In this document: piece by piece, positions 34,936-44,485 of the stretch
Position numbering within the stretch: position 1 is the stretch's first letter
Layout: every line of letters begins with the position of its first letter
Translations under genes and position numbers: made by a program
The notes under the pieces: model-generated
The model's input: only the letters and a program-made list of their open reading frames with translations
What the model was told of the DNA's origin: nothing
Databases searched by the model: none
NCBI GenBank assembly: GCA_001189095.1
Contig: LFCK01000001.1
Span: 84,485 to 148,484, forward strand
DNA from: Parcubacteria bacterium C7867-001
GTDB taxonomy: Bacteria; Patescibacteriota; Minisyncoccia; Phycocordibacterales; Phycocordibacteraceae
Direction of reading: 5' to 3'
Length of the DNA stretch: 64,000 bases

Positions 34936-37899
34936 ATGAAGCAAGTCAAGAAGCGCAATGGTTCCGTCGTCGATTTCGAAGTAGTGAAGATTACCGATGC
35001 AATGCGTAAGGCGTTCAACGCCATGAGTACGCCAGTGTCCGAAGAACGTTTGTCGGACATGACACGCAATATTTTGATACATATCGAGGAACGGTTCGTT
35101 GACACCGTTCCTTCGGTGGAGCACGTGCAGGACATCGTGGAGTTGACCATCATGCAGGAAGGCTTCCACGCAGTCGCGAAGCACTACATCGTTTATCGCT
35201 ACGAGCACGCGAAGATCCGCGAAGCGAAAAAGGAGGAAGAAGTCGCAAAAATCGAGGAAGAAGGCCTCATGATCACCACGCGTGGGGGGAACAAGGTGCG
35301 CTTTGACGAGAGTCGCGTGAAAGAGACTCTGCTCCGCTTCTTGAAGGGCTATGAGGATGTGATCGACGTGAATCTGGTCATGAATCAGCTCCGTTACGAG
35401 CTCTACGAAGGCATCACGACGGACGAAATCCATCGCGGTCTCACGATGGTGGTGCGCTCGATGATCGAGCGCGATCCGGCATACTCGAAAGTTGCTGCTC
35501 GTCTCTTGCTTCACAAGATGTATGGCGATGTGTTTGGCTCCTTTGACTCAGCGAACATTAAGCAGGAGCATGTCGGTGTCTTCGAGCGCAACATCAAGGA
35601 TATGGTGGCGCGCGAGCTCCTCGACACGCGCATGCTCGAGTTCAATCTCGCCAAGCTTGCAAGCATGATGGAGCCAGATCGTGACCACCACTTCGAGTAC
35701 ATGGGCCTTGAAATCATGAGTACTCGCTACTGCCTCGAGGACCCAGAGACCAAGAAGGTGCTTGAGACTCCGCAGATGCTCTGGATGCGCATCGCCATGG
35801 GTACGGCGCTTAACGAGAAGCCGGAAGATCGCGAACGCGTTGCACTCGACTTCTATGATGTGCTCAGCAATTTCTATTACACGCCGGGCGGACGCACGCT
35901 CTTCCAAGCGGGCGCAAAGAAAGCGCAGCTTTCTAACTGCTTCCTCAACACGGTGCCGGACTCGCTTGATTCGATCTTCAAGGCAATTTCCGACAACGCG
36001 CAATACCTCAAGTGGTCAGGCGGTACCGGAACGGACTGGACTCCACTACGCGCTACAGGTGCCTTCATCAAGGGCACTGGTGTGCCGAGCCAGGGCATCG
36101 TGCCGTTCCTCAAGATTGCGAACGATGTGAACCTCGCCATAAACCGCTCAGGTAAGCGCCGTGGCGCCGGCTGCGTGTACCTTGAGACGTGGCACATGGA
36201 CATCGAGGACTTCCTCGAACTCCGTAAGAACACGGGCGACGAGCGCCGTCGCACGCACGACATCAATACCGCGAACTGGATTCCGGACCTCTTCATGAAG
36301 CGCGTTCGCGACAATAAGGAGTGGACGCTCTTCTCGCCAGACGAAGTGCCCGATCTCCATGAAATTTATGGTCGCGCATTCGAAGAGAAATACGTGCAGT
36401 ACGAAAAAATGGCAGAAGAGGGCAAGATTAAGCTCTACAAGAAAATTCCAGCAATTGACCTCTGGAAGAAAATGCTCGCGATGCTTTTCGAAACCGGTCA
36501 CCCGTGGATCACGTGGAAGGATCCTTCGAACGTTCGTTCGCCGCAGGATCACGCAGGCGTCGTGCACAACTCAAACCTCTGCACAGAAATCACCCTCAAC
36601 ACGAACGCAGAAGAGACTGCCGTCTGCACCATCGGTTCGCTTAACTTCGCGAAGTTCGTAGTGAATGGAAAGTTCGATGAGCAGCTCGTTGCCCGCGTGA
36701 CCCGCTCAGCTATTCGCATGCTCGACAACATCATCGACCTCAACTACTACCCAACGGAAGATGCGCGTCGCGGCAACATGCGCCATCGCCCAGTCGGTCT
36801 CGGCGTACGCGGTTATCATGATGCGCTCTACACCCTCGGCATCGACTTCGACTCGCAGGAGGCGGTCGCCTTCGCGAACGAAAGCATGGAAGTCATGGCG
36901 TACTACGCTATTCTCGCGTCGTCCGAGCTCGCAAAGGAGCGCGGTACGTATGAGACGTATAAGGGAAGTAAGTGGGACCGCGGCATCATGCCGCAGGACA
37001 CCATTGCGCTTCTTGCTGCTGAGCGCGGCGAAGAAATCCGCGTACACCTTGGCGGCAAGCTCGACTGGGCTCCGGTAAGGAATCACGTGAAGGAATACGG
37101 CATGCGCAACTCCAACACGATGGCTATCGCGCCAACCGCCTCGACTGCAAACCTCGTGGGCTGCATCCCGTGCGTTGAGCCTATCTACAAGAACATCTAC
37201 GTGAAATCGAACAAGGAAGGTGAGTTCATCGTCGTGAACAAATACCTCATCGAAGACCTCAAGAAGCTGGGTCTCTGGACGGAAGACATGCTCAACAAAA
37301 TTAAGCATGCCGACGGTTCGGTGCAGAGCATTGCGGAGATTCCGGAACACATTCGCCGTAAGTACAAGGAAGTCTTCGAAATTGACTCGCGCTGGCTCAT
37401 CGAAGCAGCTGCAGAACGCGGCAAGTGGATCGACCAGTCACAGTCTTTGAACATCTTCTTCAACGGCACGAGCGGGAAGGAGCTCTCTGACATCTACTTC
37501 TTCGCATGGCAGAAGGGTCTCAAGACGACCTATTACCTACGTACGCTCGGAGCCTCGCAGGTGGAGAAGGCAACGGTTTCGACAGCGGAATACGGTTCGA
37601 GCCACACTCGCGGTCAGGAGAGCTCGGTCATCGCGATGGCAGCAATCGCTGAGATAAAGGAATCCATCGCCCAGCCAGACGCGGTAGCAATTCCAGCAAT
37701 GGCCATGGCTACTTCTCCGGTCACCATGTCACCAAATCCGACTCCCGTAGTCTCAGCACCCGTTACGGCCTCGGCGTCGCCCATGATGATGGCTTCAGGT
37801 GCTCCGGTGCCGTCCATGACGACCGCTGAGCTCGCTGCAAAGCTTGCACGCGTGGCGGCAGGAGAAGAGGCAGGTATCTGCGAAAGCTGCGAAGCCTAA
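34936..37899 (+). CDS. nrdA: Class Ia ribonucleotide reductase alpha subunit with two N-terminal ATP cones
   Basis: VKKRNG and ITTRGG cone starts, QLSNCF, SNLCTEI, AIAPTAS, KTTYYLR, C-terminal CESCEA. Confidence 0.96.
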   Translation: MKQVKKRNGSVVDFEVVKITDAMRKAFNAMSTPVSEERLSDMTRNILIHIEERFVDTVPSVEHVQDIVELTIMQEGFHAVAKHYIVYRYEHAKIREAKKEEEVAKIEEEGLMITTRGGNKVRFDESRVKETLLRFLKGYEDVIDVNLVMNQLRYELYEGITTDEIHRGLTMVVRSMIERDPAYSKVAARLLLHKMYGDVFGSFDSANIKQEHVGVFERNIKDMVARELLDTRMLEFNLAKLASMMEPDRDHHFEYMGLEIMSTRYCLEDPETKKVLETPQMLWMRIAMGTALNEKPEDRERVALDFYDVLSNFYYTPGGRTLFQAGAKKAQLSNCFLNTVPDSLDSIFKAISDNAQYLKWSGGTGTDWTPLRATGAFIKGTGVPSQGIVPFLKIANDVNLAINRSGKRRGAGCVYLETWHMDIEDFLELRKNTGDERRRTHDINTANWIPDLFMKRVRDNKEWTLFSPDEVPDLHEIYGRAFEEKYVQYEKMAEEGKIKLYKKIPAIDLWKKMLAMLFETGHPWITWKDPSNVRSPQDHAGVVHNSNLCTEITLNTNAEETAVCTIGSLNFAKFVVNGKFDEQLVARVTRSAIRMLDNIIDLNYYPTEDARRGNMRHRPVGLGVRGYHDALYTLGIDFDSQEAVAFANESMEVMAYYAILASSELAKERGTYETYKGSKWDRGIMPQDTIALLAAERGEEIRVHLGGKLDWAPVRNHVKEYGMRNSNTMAIAPTASTANLVGCIPCVEPIYKNIYVKSNKEGEFIVVNKYLIEDLKKLGLWTEDMLNKIKHADGSVQSIAEIPEHIRRKYKEVFEIDSRWLIEAAAERGKWIDQSQSLNIFFNGTSGKELSDIYFFAWQKGLKTTYYLRTLGASQVEKATVSTAEYGSSHTRGQESSVIAMAAIAEIKESIAQPDAVAIPAMAMATSPVTMSPNPTPVVSAPVTASASPMMMASGAPVPSMTTAELAAKLARVAAGEEAGICESCEA

Positions 37900-37908
37900 T
37901 TCGCTAAA

Positions 37909-37946
37909 AAGTAAAAAGGCCTCACGCTTGTGAGGCCTTTTTACTT
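37909..37946. terminator. Intrinsic terminator after nrdA
   Basis: AAGTAAAAAGGCCTCAC-gctt-GTGAGGCCTTTTTACTT. Confidence 0.85.
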
Positions 37947-37973
37947 CGCTTGAAGTTGTGTAGTAGGGGAAAG

Positions 37974-37993
37974 TTATACACAGGTTATGCACA
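37974..37993 (+). promoter_or_regulatory. Two tandem DnaA-box matches upstream of lexA
   Basis: TTATACACA (37974-82) and TTATGCACA (37985-93) fit TTATNCACA. Confidence 0.55.
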
Positions 37994-38030
37994 ATTGTGT
38001 GGTATATACACAACTTTGTATACTTTTCAC

Positions 38031-38720
38031 ATGATAGGGAATCAACTTCTGACACCGGCACAGAGTGAGACTCTTTTATACATAAAGCAGTATGTGAAAA
38101 AGAATGCGCAGCCACCAACCATGACGGAGTTGCGTACGGGATTGAAACTTCGCTCGTTGCGCAGTGTGATGCAGCGCATCGAGGCTCTTGAAAGGAAAGC
38201 GTTTCTCAAGCGCAACAAATTTCAGCACCGAAGCATCATGCTTCTTGAAAATGCGGACTACCTTTCTGACTCAGGATTCATCGAGGTACCCGTCATCGCG
38301 AGTGCTGGTTGCGACGCCATGGATGTGTATGCGCAGGACGAATTCGGTGAATTCATCACGATTGATAAGAAGCTCGTCGGCGACAAGAGCAATATTGCCG
38401 CGATTCGTGCGGTCGGTGACAGCATGGAGGACGCAGGTATCAGAAGCGGGGATTATGTAGTGGTCGAAGTAACCGAAAGCGTTACAGGTGGCGATCGGGT
38501 GGTCGCAATCGTCGGGAATATGGCCGTCATTAAGCGCTACAGCAATCAAGACGGAATCGTGGTGCTCCATCCAGAAAACAAGGATGCAGGCTATAACCCA
38601 ATCGTCGTTCGACAGGAGGATTCAAGGATTTTTGGGAAGGTGCTTTCCATTATTCCCGGCCGCGAGTGGGTGGATGATATTAAAATCGAGTACTATGACG
38701 GCTTCGCACCCACACGCTAA
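38031..38720 (+). CDS. lexA: LexA-family repressor (wHTH + S24 peptidase)
   Basis: LTPAQ..PPTMTEL, ASAG cleavage-like site, GDSM catalytic Ser, VIKR catalytic Lys. ATG 6 nt after TATACT. Confidence 0.85.
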   Translation: MIGNQLLTPAQSETLLYIKQYVKKNAQPPTMTELRTGLKLRSLRSVMQRIEALERKAFLKRNKFQHRSIMLLENADYLSDSGFIEVPVIASAGCDAMDVYAQDEFGEFITIDKKLVGDKSNIAAIRAVGDSMEDAGIRSGDYVVVEVTESVTGGDRVVAIVGNMAVIKRYSNQDGIVVLHPENKDAGYNPIVVRQEDSRIFGKVLSIIPGREWVDDIKIEYYDGFAPTR

Positions 38721-38732
38721 CGTTCGTTAAGA

Positions 38733-38761
38733 AAAAGGCCGGCGCTTTGCGCCGGCCTTTT
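38733..38761. terminator. GC-rich triloop hairpin
   Basis: AAAAGGCCGGCGC-ttt-GCGCCGGCCTTTT. Confidence 0.8.
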
Positions 38762-38767
38762 GGGAAC

Positions 38768-39127
38768 CTAGTAGGTCCAATGCTTGCCGTAGTTTTTGTC
38801 GCGTTCCCGCAGTTCGTTCGTAAGCCCATTGAAGAGCTCGAATCTGCGTTGCGGGCCGGTGACGCGCGTGCCGGAAAGGCAGACGGCGCCGGAAACGCGA
38901 TGCTTTTTCTTCGGCGCATCGGCGTCTTGGTCCTTGTCGCGAGAATGGTCGCCATAGAAGCTTTTGGGCTCCCCGACCGAACTTGTCTGTCCGAAGACTT
39001 CGCACGTTTGTCCATCGGGCGAAGCCCAAATGGGGAATTCGACGGTCTTTGCGGAGGCTTGTGCACTTGCGCACACAAGGCCAGCTGCGCATATCGCGAG
39101 CATTCCCGCGAGTCGTTTCAGATGCAT
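38768..39127 (-). CDS. Secreted hypothetical protein (cassette type)
   Basis: Signal peptide, AGGAG SD, TTGACT-17-TATGGT (39185-39157). Confidence 0.7.
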   Translation of the reverse strand: MHLKRLAGMLAICAAGLVCASAQASAKTVEFPIWASPDGQTCEVFGQTSSVGEPKSFYGDHSRDKDQDADAPKKKHRVSGAVCLSGTRVTGPQRRFELFNGLTNELRERDKNYGKHWTY

Positions 39128-39320
39128 GATTTACTCCTGTACTGAAGACTTTTTGCACCATACTAGGAAAATAGGTCTCAGTCAATTAGAGGCTCTCAGA
39201 GCGAGCAAATAAGCCATCGTTTGGTGGGAAATGGATGATTATGACACGGAAAGTTATGCACTTGCTTCATGGGGACGCAGCCGTGAAAATGTAAGTCCAT
39301 TAGCACTAACAGGAGAGTAT

Positions 39321-40355
39321 ATGCCGATTACCAAAGGGGCCTCATTCGTGGATATCAATAAGCGTCGCATCATCAACGGCGCGGACGCAGACGTGATGCA
39401 GCTCTATCCGATGCGTCACAAATTTGCATGGGACGCGTATCTCGCAAGTAACGCGAACCACTGGCTTCCGACCGAAATCTCGATGCAGCGCGACATCGAG
39501 CAGTGGAAGAGTCCGACGGCACTTACCGACGATGAGCACAAAGCGTTTGAGACCGTGCTCGGCTTCTTCACGACCGCAGACTCCATTGCGGCGAACAATG
39601 TGGTACTCGCGTTCTATCGGCATATCACGAGTCCTGAAGTTCGCATGTATCTCCTTCGTCAGGGATACGAAGAGGCAATTCACACGCACGCCTACCAGTA
39701 CATCGTCGAGTCGCTCGGCATGGACGAAAGCCGCATCTTCAACATGTATCGCGAAGTCGAGGCGATCTACAACAAGGACAGTATGATTCTTTCCTTGAAC
39801 GAAGGCGTCTTCGACCCGAATTTCAAGACGGGCACCTTTGAGAACGATCAGAAGTTCCTCGAGAACATGATTGTCTTCTCGCTCATCATGGAAGGTATCT
39901 TCTTCTACTCCTCGTTCGCCGTCATGTTCGGCTTCCAGCGCCAGAACAAGCTCACGGGTTCGGCAGAGCAAATCCAGTACATCATGCGCGACGAGTCCAT
40001 GCATCTCAACATGGGCATCAACATGATCAACGCCATTAAGGAAGAGCAGCCAGAACTCTGGACGCCGGCCTTCCAGCAGCATGTGATTGATCTCGTGAAG
40101 CGTGCCGTGGTGCTTGAGTACACCTTTGCGCAGACGGTCTTCCCGAAGGGCATCTTCGGTATGAACGCCGACGGCTTCAAGCAGTACATCGAGTACATCG
40201 CGGACCGCCGCCTCGAACGCGTCGGGCTTCCTCCGCAGTACAATGTCGAAAATCCGTTCACATGGATGAGTGAAGCAGTGGACCTCAATAAAGAAAAGAA
40301 CTTCTTCGAGACCCGCGTTACGGAATACAAGACGGGCGGTACGCTTAATTGGTAG
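39321..40355 (+). CDS. nrdB: Class Ia ribonucleotide reductase beta subunit
   Basis: FFTTADS, EEAIHTHAY (radical Tyr), EGIFFY, RDESMH, NFFETRVTEY. Confidence 0.96.
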   Translation: MPITKGASFVDINKRRIINGADADVMQLYPMRHKFAWDAYLASNANHWLPTEISMQRDIEQWKSPTALTDDEHKAFETVLGFFTTADSIAANNVVLAFYRHITSPEVRMYLLRQGYEEAIHTHAYQYIVESLGMDESRIFNMYREVEAIYNKDSMILSLNEGVFDPNFKTGTFENDQKFLENMIVFSLIMEGIFFYSSFAVMFGFQRQNKLTGSAEQIQYIMRDESMHLNMGINMINAIKEEQPELWTPAFQQHVIDLVKRAVVLEYTFAQTVFPKGIFGMNADGFKQYIEYIADRRLERVGLPPQYNVENPFTWMSEAVDLNKEKNFFETRVTEYKTGGTLNW

Positions 40356-40423
40356 CAATCCGTTAAAACGAGGATTGAAGATTAGAAAAAAGGAAAGCGC
40401 CGACCAAAGGTTGGCGCATTTTC

Positions 40424-40633
40424 TTAATCTTTGTTGCCATAGAACGCTTCGTCGGAACGTGCTGCAGCTTCATAGCGAGCCTTAGCGACGTCTGGATCGA
40501 CAGGGAAGCAGTACTTTACGGCGCCCATGAATACGAGACCGAGAAGGCACCAAGGGTTGTGAAAGAGGTAGAGGGCGTAGCCGACAGTTCCCGCAACACC
40601 CAAGGCCACCGTAGTGGCAGGAAGGTACTTCAT
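40424..40633 (-). CDS. Small 2-TM orphan (cassette type)
   Basis: AAAGGA SD, TTGAAA-17-TACTGT (40696-40668), hairpin downstream. Confidence 0.6.
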   Translation of the reverse strand: MKYLPATTVALGVAGTVGYALYLFHNPWCLLGLVFMGAVKYCFPVDPDVAKARYEAAARSDEAFYGNKD

Positions 40634-40738
40634 GTGAGCGTTCCTTTCGTTGGATTCGCTCGCCTGCACAGTAGCATGTGAATAGTAGTGTTTCAATAAA
40701 ACAAAAAACCGGCTCCCCGAAGGGGAGCCGGTTTGGCG

Positions 40739-41434
40739 TTAGGCGTCCGCTTTCGCGAGTTCCGCCTCACTGTTTGCCGCTTCGCTTGTGCGGAGTGCGT
40801 GAAGAGCTTCTTCGAGCTTTGCTTTTCGCTCGCTCGAACCAAGCATGTCTTTTGCGTGTTTCGGGCAATACGCGAGCAGGGACTTTCCGAAGGACAGATG
40901 ACTTGTTTGCGTTTTTTTCTCCTTGCCCACAAGTTCGTTAATCGAGTCTGCGTTACAGAAGAAGTCCTTTGCCGGATTCTTCGGGTTCGGATACATGAAT
41001 GGACACTTACCATCGATGTGATCGATACCTTCCTTCGAAGTGTCGTCACCCGGCGAAAGGACGATCGGCGCTGGTTCGGATCGAACCAGCGGTTTTTTTA
41101 CCTCCGCGGGAGGTACTTTTTTCGGGTTCGTGAAGTCGAACCGAGTTTGCGCCTTTGGCGGTGGCTTGTCTGGTTTCTTCGGCTTTTTCGGTTTACCGTA
41201 GCTCGGATTATTCTTCCGAATCTCGATATTGTTCTGAATGATTCGTTCCTGCGCCGGCGAGCACACCTTCTGAATGATTCCGCGGTTCCAGAGTCCGGAG
41301 ACGGCCGAATTGGTCATTGGTATGCCACGCCTGGTCATTTCCTTCCCGACCTTGCTGAAGGCCATGCTGGGAATCAGCAACAAGTCACGTATGTCTTCCA
41401 GATTTTTTTGAGAGTATTCATTCGGGGCAGACAT
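40739..41434 (-). CDS. GcrA-like cell-cycle regulator (divergent, cassette type)
   Basis: MTNSAVSGLWNR resembles GcrA VTRNAVIGKVHR; Pro/Lys linker; CPFMYPNP..DFFCN..AYCPKH resembles CRWPIGDP..FCG..YC..H. Confidence 0.6.
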   Translation of the reverse strand: MSAPNEYSQKNLEDIRDLLLIPSMAFSKVGKEMTRRGIPMTNSAVSGLWNRGIIQKVCSPAQERIIQNNIEIRKNNPSYGKPKKPKKPDKPPPKAQTRFDFTNPKKVPPAEVKKPLVRSEPAPIVLSPGDDTSKEGIDHIDGKCPFMYPNPKNPAKDFFCNADSINELVGKEKKTQTSHLSFGKSLLAYCPKHAKDMLGSSERKAKLEEALHALRTSEAANSEAELAKADA

Positions 41435-41554
41435 TGCAATCCCTTTCAGAGAACACCGCACGAGGCGGTCCTGCGGCAATCCTAGCGCAGGCGATACGGG
41501 CTGTCTATAAACGGGCGGGGAGGTCGTGGCAGGCTATGCCACGACCTCCCCGAA

Positions 41555-41635
41555 TCAAAAGCTTAATTCCTGCAGATGCGTTTTCCGCCCTCTCGACGGG
41601 TCCCCGCGCGTCCGTGTTACGACTTTTGTACTCAT
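41555..41635 (-). other. Candidate 26-aa small ORF or sRNA with strong downstream hairpin (41517-41551)
   Basis: MSTKVVTRTRGDPSRGRKTHLQELSF; TAAGCT -10-like box 8 nt upstream. Confidence 0.3.
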
Positions 41636-41679
41636 GCCGCCCAAGCTTACGCTCGGGTCCGTGAAGGTCGGATGAACTA

Positions 41680-42867
41680 CTAGGACGGGAGGGTGCCGCT
41701 ATAGTCCATCCGTATTTCAGGGCGCTCCGGCTCGAGCTTGGTGCGGGTTTCCTCCGTATCGACCGAGCGTCCGCAGGGAAGCGAAATGCTTACGGTCGTC
41801 CCGTCGTTCTTTGCGCTCTTTATCACGATATGGCCGTGGTGGAGTTTTACGAGCTCGCTCACGATGGCGAGTCCGAGCCCGCTGCCGCCGCTCTTCCTCG
41901 CGCGAGACTGGTCCGCACGGTAGAACGGTTCGAAGATGTGGGCAAGGTCTTTTTCCGCGATGCCGATGCCTTTGTCCTCGATGGATAGCATGATGTGTCC
42001 ACGATAATCGGGTTCGATGGTAACGCGGATGATGCTGCCGTTTGCGCTGTAGGTGGCGGCGTTGCGGATGACGTTCATGACTATTTGCTCGAGTGCCGTT
42101 GCATTGCCCCAGACTTCTTTGTAGCCGTTTGCCTGCACCGAGACCGTGAGGTTCTTGCGGTCGATCAAATGCGTTAGGTGGCGCAACATTCGGTCGACGA
42201 CGTGGCCGAGGTCGACATTGGTGAACGGGATCTTCTCAGGCCGCACCAGCACATTGAGCGAGAGCAAGTTGTTGATGATGTCCGAAATGCGGTCCAGCTC
42301 TTCGAGGTTGTCGTTGTGCATTTCGCGGGCAGCTTTCGTTACGTCCGCGTCGAGAAGGCGTACCTCGGTGTTCGTTTTGATTATTGAAAGCGGAGTACGG
42401 AGCTCGTGGGCAATGTTCCCGATGAACTGTTTCTGCGCTTCAAGCGCATTTTTCGTCGGTGCGAGCGCGAGCCGCGTCATGAGATAGCCGAAGATTGCCG
42501 TGATAGCGGCGATACCCGCTGAGATAAGCACGAGTCCGCGAGTCTTCAGGTCTTCGACGTTCGCCGCGATGAGCACGCTCGAGCTTGTGCTCTGCGGATC
42601 GGGGTTCGGTGAAACAAGGTTGTTGGCGATGCCGGTAATGATTTCCGAGGAGACGTTCGCGTAGAGGATGTCGAAGCCTTCGCCGACGAGCGCGAGAATG
42701 ATGATGGTATAGAGGATCTGGAGCAGAACGACGTTCAGCTCCGTCCGAAAGAAAGGATCGTATCGGTATTTACGTACGAAGCCGATACCCGATGCCCCGA
42801 ACTGTTTCGAGTATCCCCGGAGCGCCTGCGTCAGCGAGTTTTCGTCTGAGGTTTTTGACATGGACAT
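41680..42867 (-). CDS. Membrane sensor histidine kinase
   Basis: 2 TM, AHELRTPL H-box, NVIRNA, DKGIGI, FEPFYR, GSGLGL; start uncertain because it overlaps the regulator. Confidence 0.92.
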   Translation of the reverse strand: MSMSKTSDENSLTQALRGYSKQFGASGIGFVRKYRYDPFFRTELNVVLLQILYTIIILALVGEGFDILYANVSSEIITGIANNLVSPNPDPQSTSSSVLIAANVEDLKTRGLVLISAGIAAITAIFGYLMTRLALAPTKNALEAQKQFIGNIAHELRTPLSIIKTNTEVRLLDADVTKAAREMHNDNLEELDRISDIINNLLSLNVLVRPEKIPFTNVDLGHVVDRMLRHLTHLIDRKNLTVSVQANGYKEVWGNATALEQIVMNVIRNAATYSANGSIIRVTIEPDYRGHIMLSIEDKGIGIAEKDLAHIFEPFYRADQSRARKSGGSGLGLAIVSELVKLHHGHIVIKSAKNDGTTVSISLPCGRSVDTEETRTKLEPERPEIRMDYSGTLPS

Positions 42868-43444
42868 CTATGACATTACTGAATGATTCATAATTGAAAT
42901 CCCACAAGTGCGTGAGCAGGTCCTCGCGGTTGATGACCTCGTTCGGATGCCGCATGAAGTGCTCAAGCAGCATGAACTCTTTAAGGGTCAGCGAGATTTC
43001 CGTGCCACCCTTGGTTACTTCGTGGGTGGTCGGATTAAGCTCCATGTCGTCCACGGTCAGTATATCAACGAGTACGCCTGTTGGGCGGCGCAGAAGCGCT
43101 TGGATACGGGCGACAAGTTCGTCGAAGGAGAACGGCTTCACCATATAGTCGTCGGCGCCGCTGCGTAGCAACCTCACCTTGTTTTCGGTTTCGTTGCGCG
43201 CGGTCAGTACGAGCACGGGGGTCATGATGCCGCGCTTTCGCATCTCCTCGCATATTTCGAATCCGGAAAGCGTAGGGAGCATAAGATCGAGCAAGATGAG
43301 ATCGTAATCCTTCCGATGGACCGACACACGCGTAAGGGCTTTTTCGCCGTCATCGATCGTGTCGACGGCGTACCCGTGCTTCTCGAGGCCCTTTTTTATG
43401 CCCTCAGCGAGCTTCTGTTCGTCTTCGACAACAAGTAGTCTCAT
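42770..43444 (-). CDS. OmpR/PhoB-family response regulator
   Basis: LVVEDE, LDLMLP, KPF, LTLKEF, ETVRGIGY. Confidence 0.95.
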   Translation of the reverse strand: MRLLVVEDEQKLAEGIKKGLEKHGYAVDTIDDGEKALTRVSVHRKDYDLILLDLMLPTLSGFEICEEMRKRGIMTPVLVLTARNETENKVRLLRSGADDYMVKPFSFDELVARIQALLRRPTGVLVDILTVDDMELNPTTHEVTKGGTEISLTLKEFMLLEHFMRHPNEVINREDLLTHLWDFNYESFSNVIDVHVKNLRRKLADAGAPGILETVRGIGYRLRT

Positions 43445-43639
43445 GTCAGGGTGTTTAGGTTCATAAGGTGCAGGAATGGCGTATTTCCTGCACGATTCAG
43501 TAAATCATGTCCTCGGTGAAGCCTTCATGAAGGTATATATGAAGACGTTCGGCAGAGCTTCGTCTTGCAGGCCACAAACCGCAACGGCCGTCCTCACGAA
43601 GGATGGCCGCTGCGGTACGAGTGTCCTGTGCACTATAGA

Positions 43640-43819
43640 CTACTCCTCTGTTGGATAAGAGGTCGTCACACGGTCTTCCATGGGGTCGAATTCGTCCACC
43701 ATGTCCCCCTCCGTTCCGTCTGACTCCTTCTTCTCGTCGTCCTTGTCCTCCTTAGGTGCCTCACGGGGTTCGTCGTCGAGAAGCTCGTCTTCCGGCGCGC
43801 GGCGTGTGCGTTTATTCAT
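43640..43819 (-). CDS. Small acidic protein (59 aa)
   Basis: MNKRTRRAPEDELLDDEPRE..PTEE, below the ORF-track cutoff, hairpin downstream (about 43585-43609). Confidence 0.55.
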   Translation of the reverse strand: MNKRTRRAPEDELLDDEPREAPKEDKDDEKKESDGTEGDMVDEFDPMEDRVTTSYPTEE

Positions 43820-43931
43820 AGACGTGCGCGGTTAGTGGTAATGAGAATAGGAAACCATCTAGCGCGCGAAGTTTTGGTGAAGGAAAAGTAAAACGGCCCG
43901 CGAAGCGGGCCGTTTTACGAAGGATACGCGT

Positions 43932-44381
43932 TTAGCGAGTGACCGAAATGATTGCTGTTGCTGGGGGAAGCTGAGTGTCTGGAGCTGCTACCGTAACGCG
44001 GCCGTTGCTTTCAAGCAAGACGGTGTATTGCGTATCAGCTGCCGAGCCGGTTGTTGGGTCGGTCGGGATAGCTGTTACGTACGTTGGTGTAAGGCAGGAG
44101 AGATTGATGTTCGAGCCGCCGGTACCAATGTTGGTTGCAGACGACGGAAGAGTGACCAAGCCGCAAGTGAAGACACCCTTGTTGTCCGCCATGTTCTGGC
44201 CGATAGCATTAAGGATGGTGTTTACATGCGAAGTACGGGTCGTGTTGTTTGCCTGAGCGAACTGACGAGCCGGATTAATCGCCACGATGACGATCGTCGC
44301 GAGAATCGCGATAATACCGATAACGACGAGGATCTCGATGAGCGTGAAGCCGCGTGTTCCGGTTGAAGCGGAAGTTGACAT
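43932..44381 (-). CDS. Type IV major pilin-like protein
   Basis: RG|FTLIEILVVIGIIAILA class III signal, IPTDP. Confidence 0.92.
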   Translation of the reverse strand: MSTSASTGTRGFTLIEILVVIGIIAILATIVIVAINPARQFAQANNTTRTSHVNTILNAIGQNMADNKGVFTCGLVTLPSSATNIGTGGSNINLSCLTPTYVTAIPTDPTTGSAADTQYTVLLESNGRVTVAAPDTQLPPATAIISVTR

Positions 44382-44485
44382 ATTAAGTAAGTATTTTGAA
44401 GTGGGAACGATTGCTAAGGTATCCTTCCAGGGATAGGTTGCCGGTATTGTGGACTTTTTCTCCGAAGAGTCAAGGTCGTCGTGGA

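Noticed and set aside
37974..38030. Replication origin
   Set aside because: Only two clear DnaA boxes in a short intergenic region; no dnaA/dnaN context or extended unwinding element.
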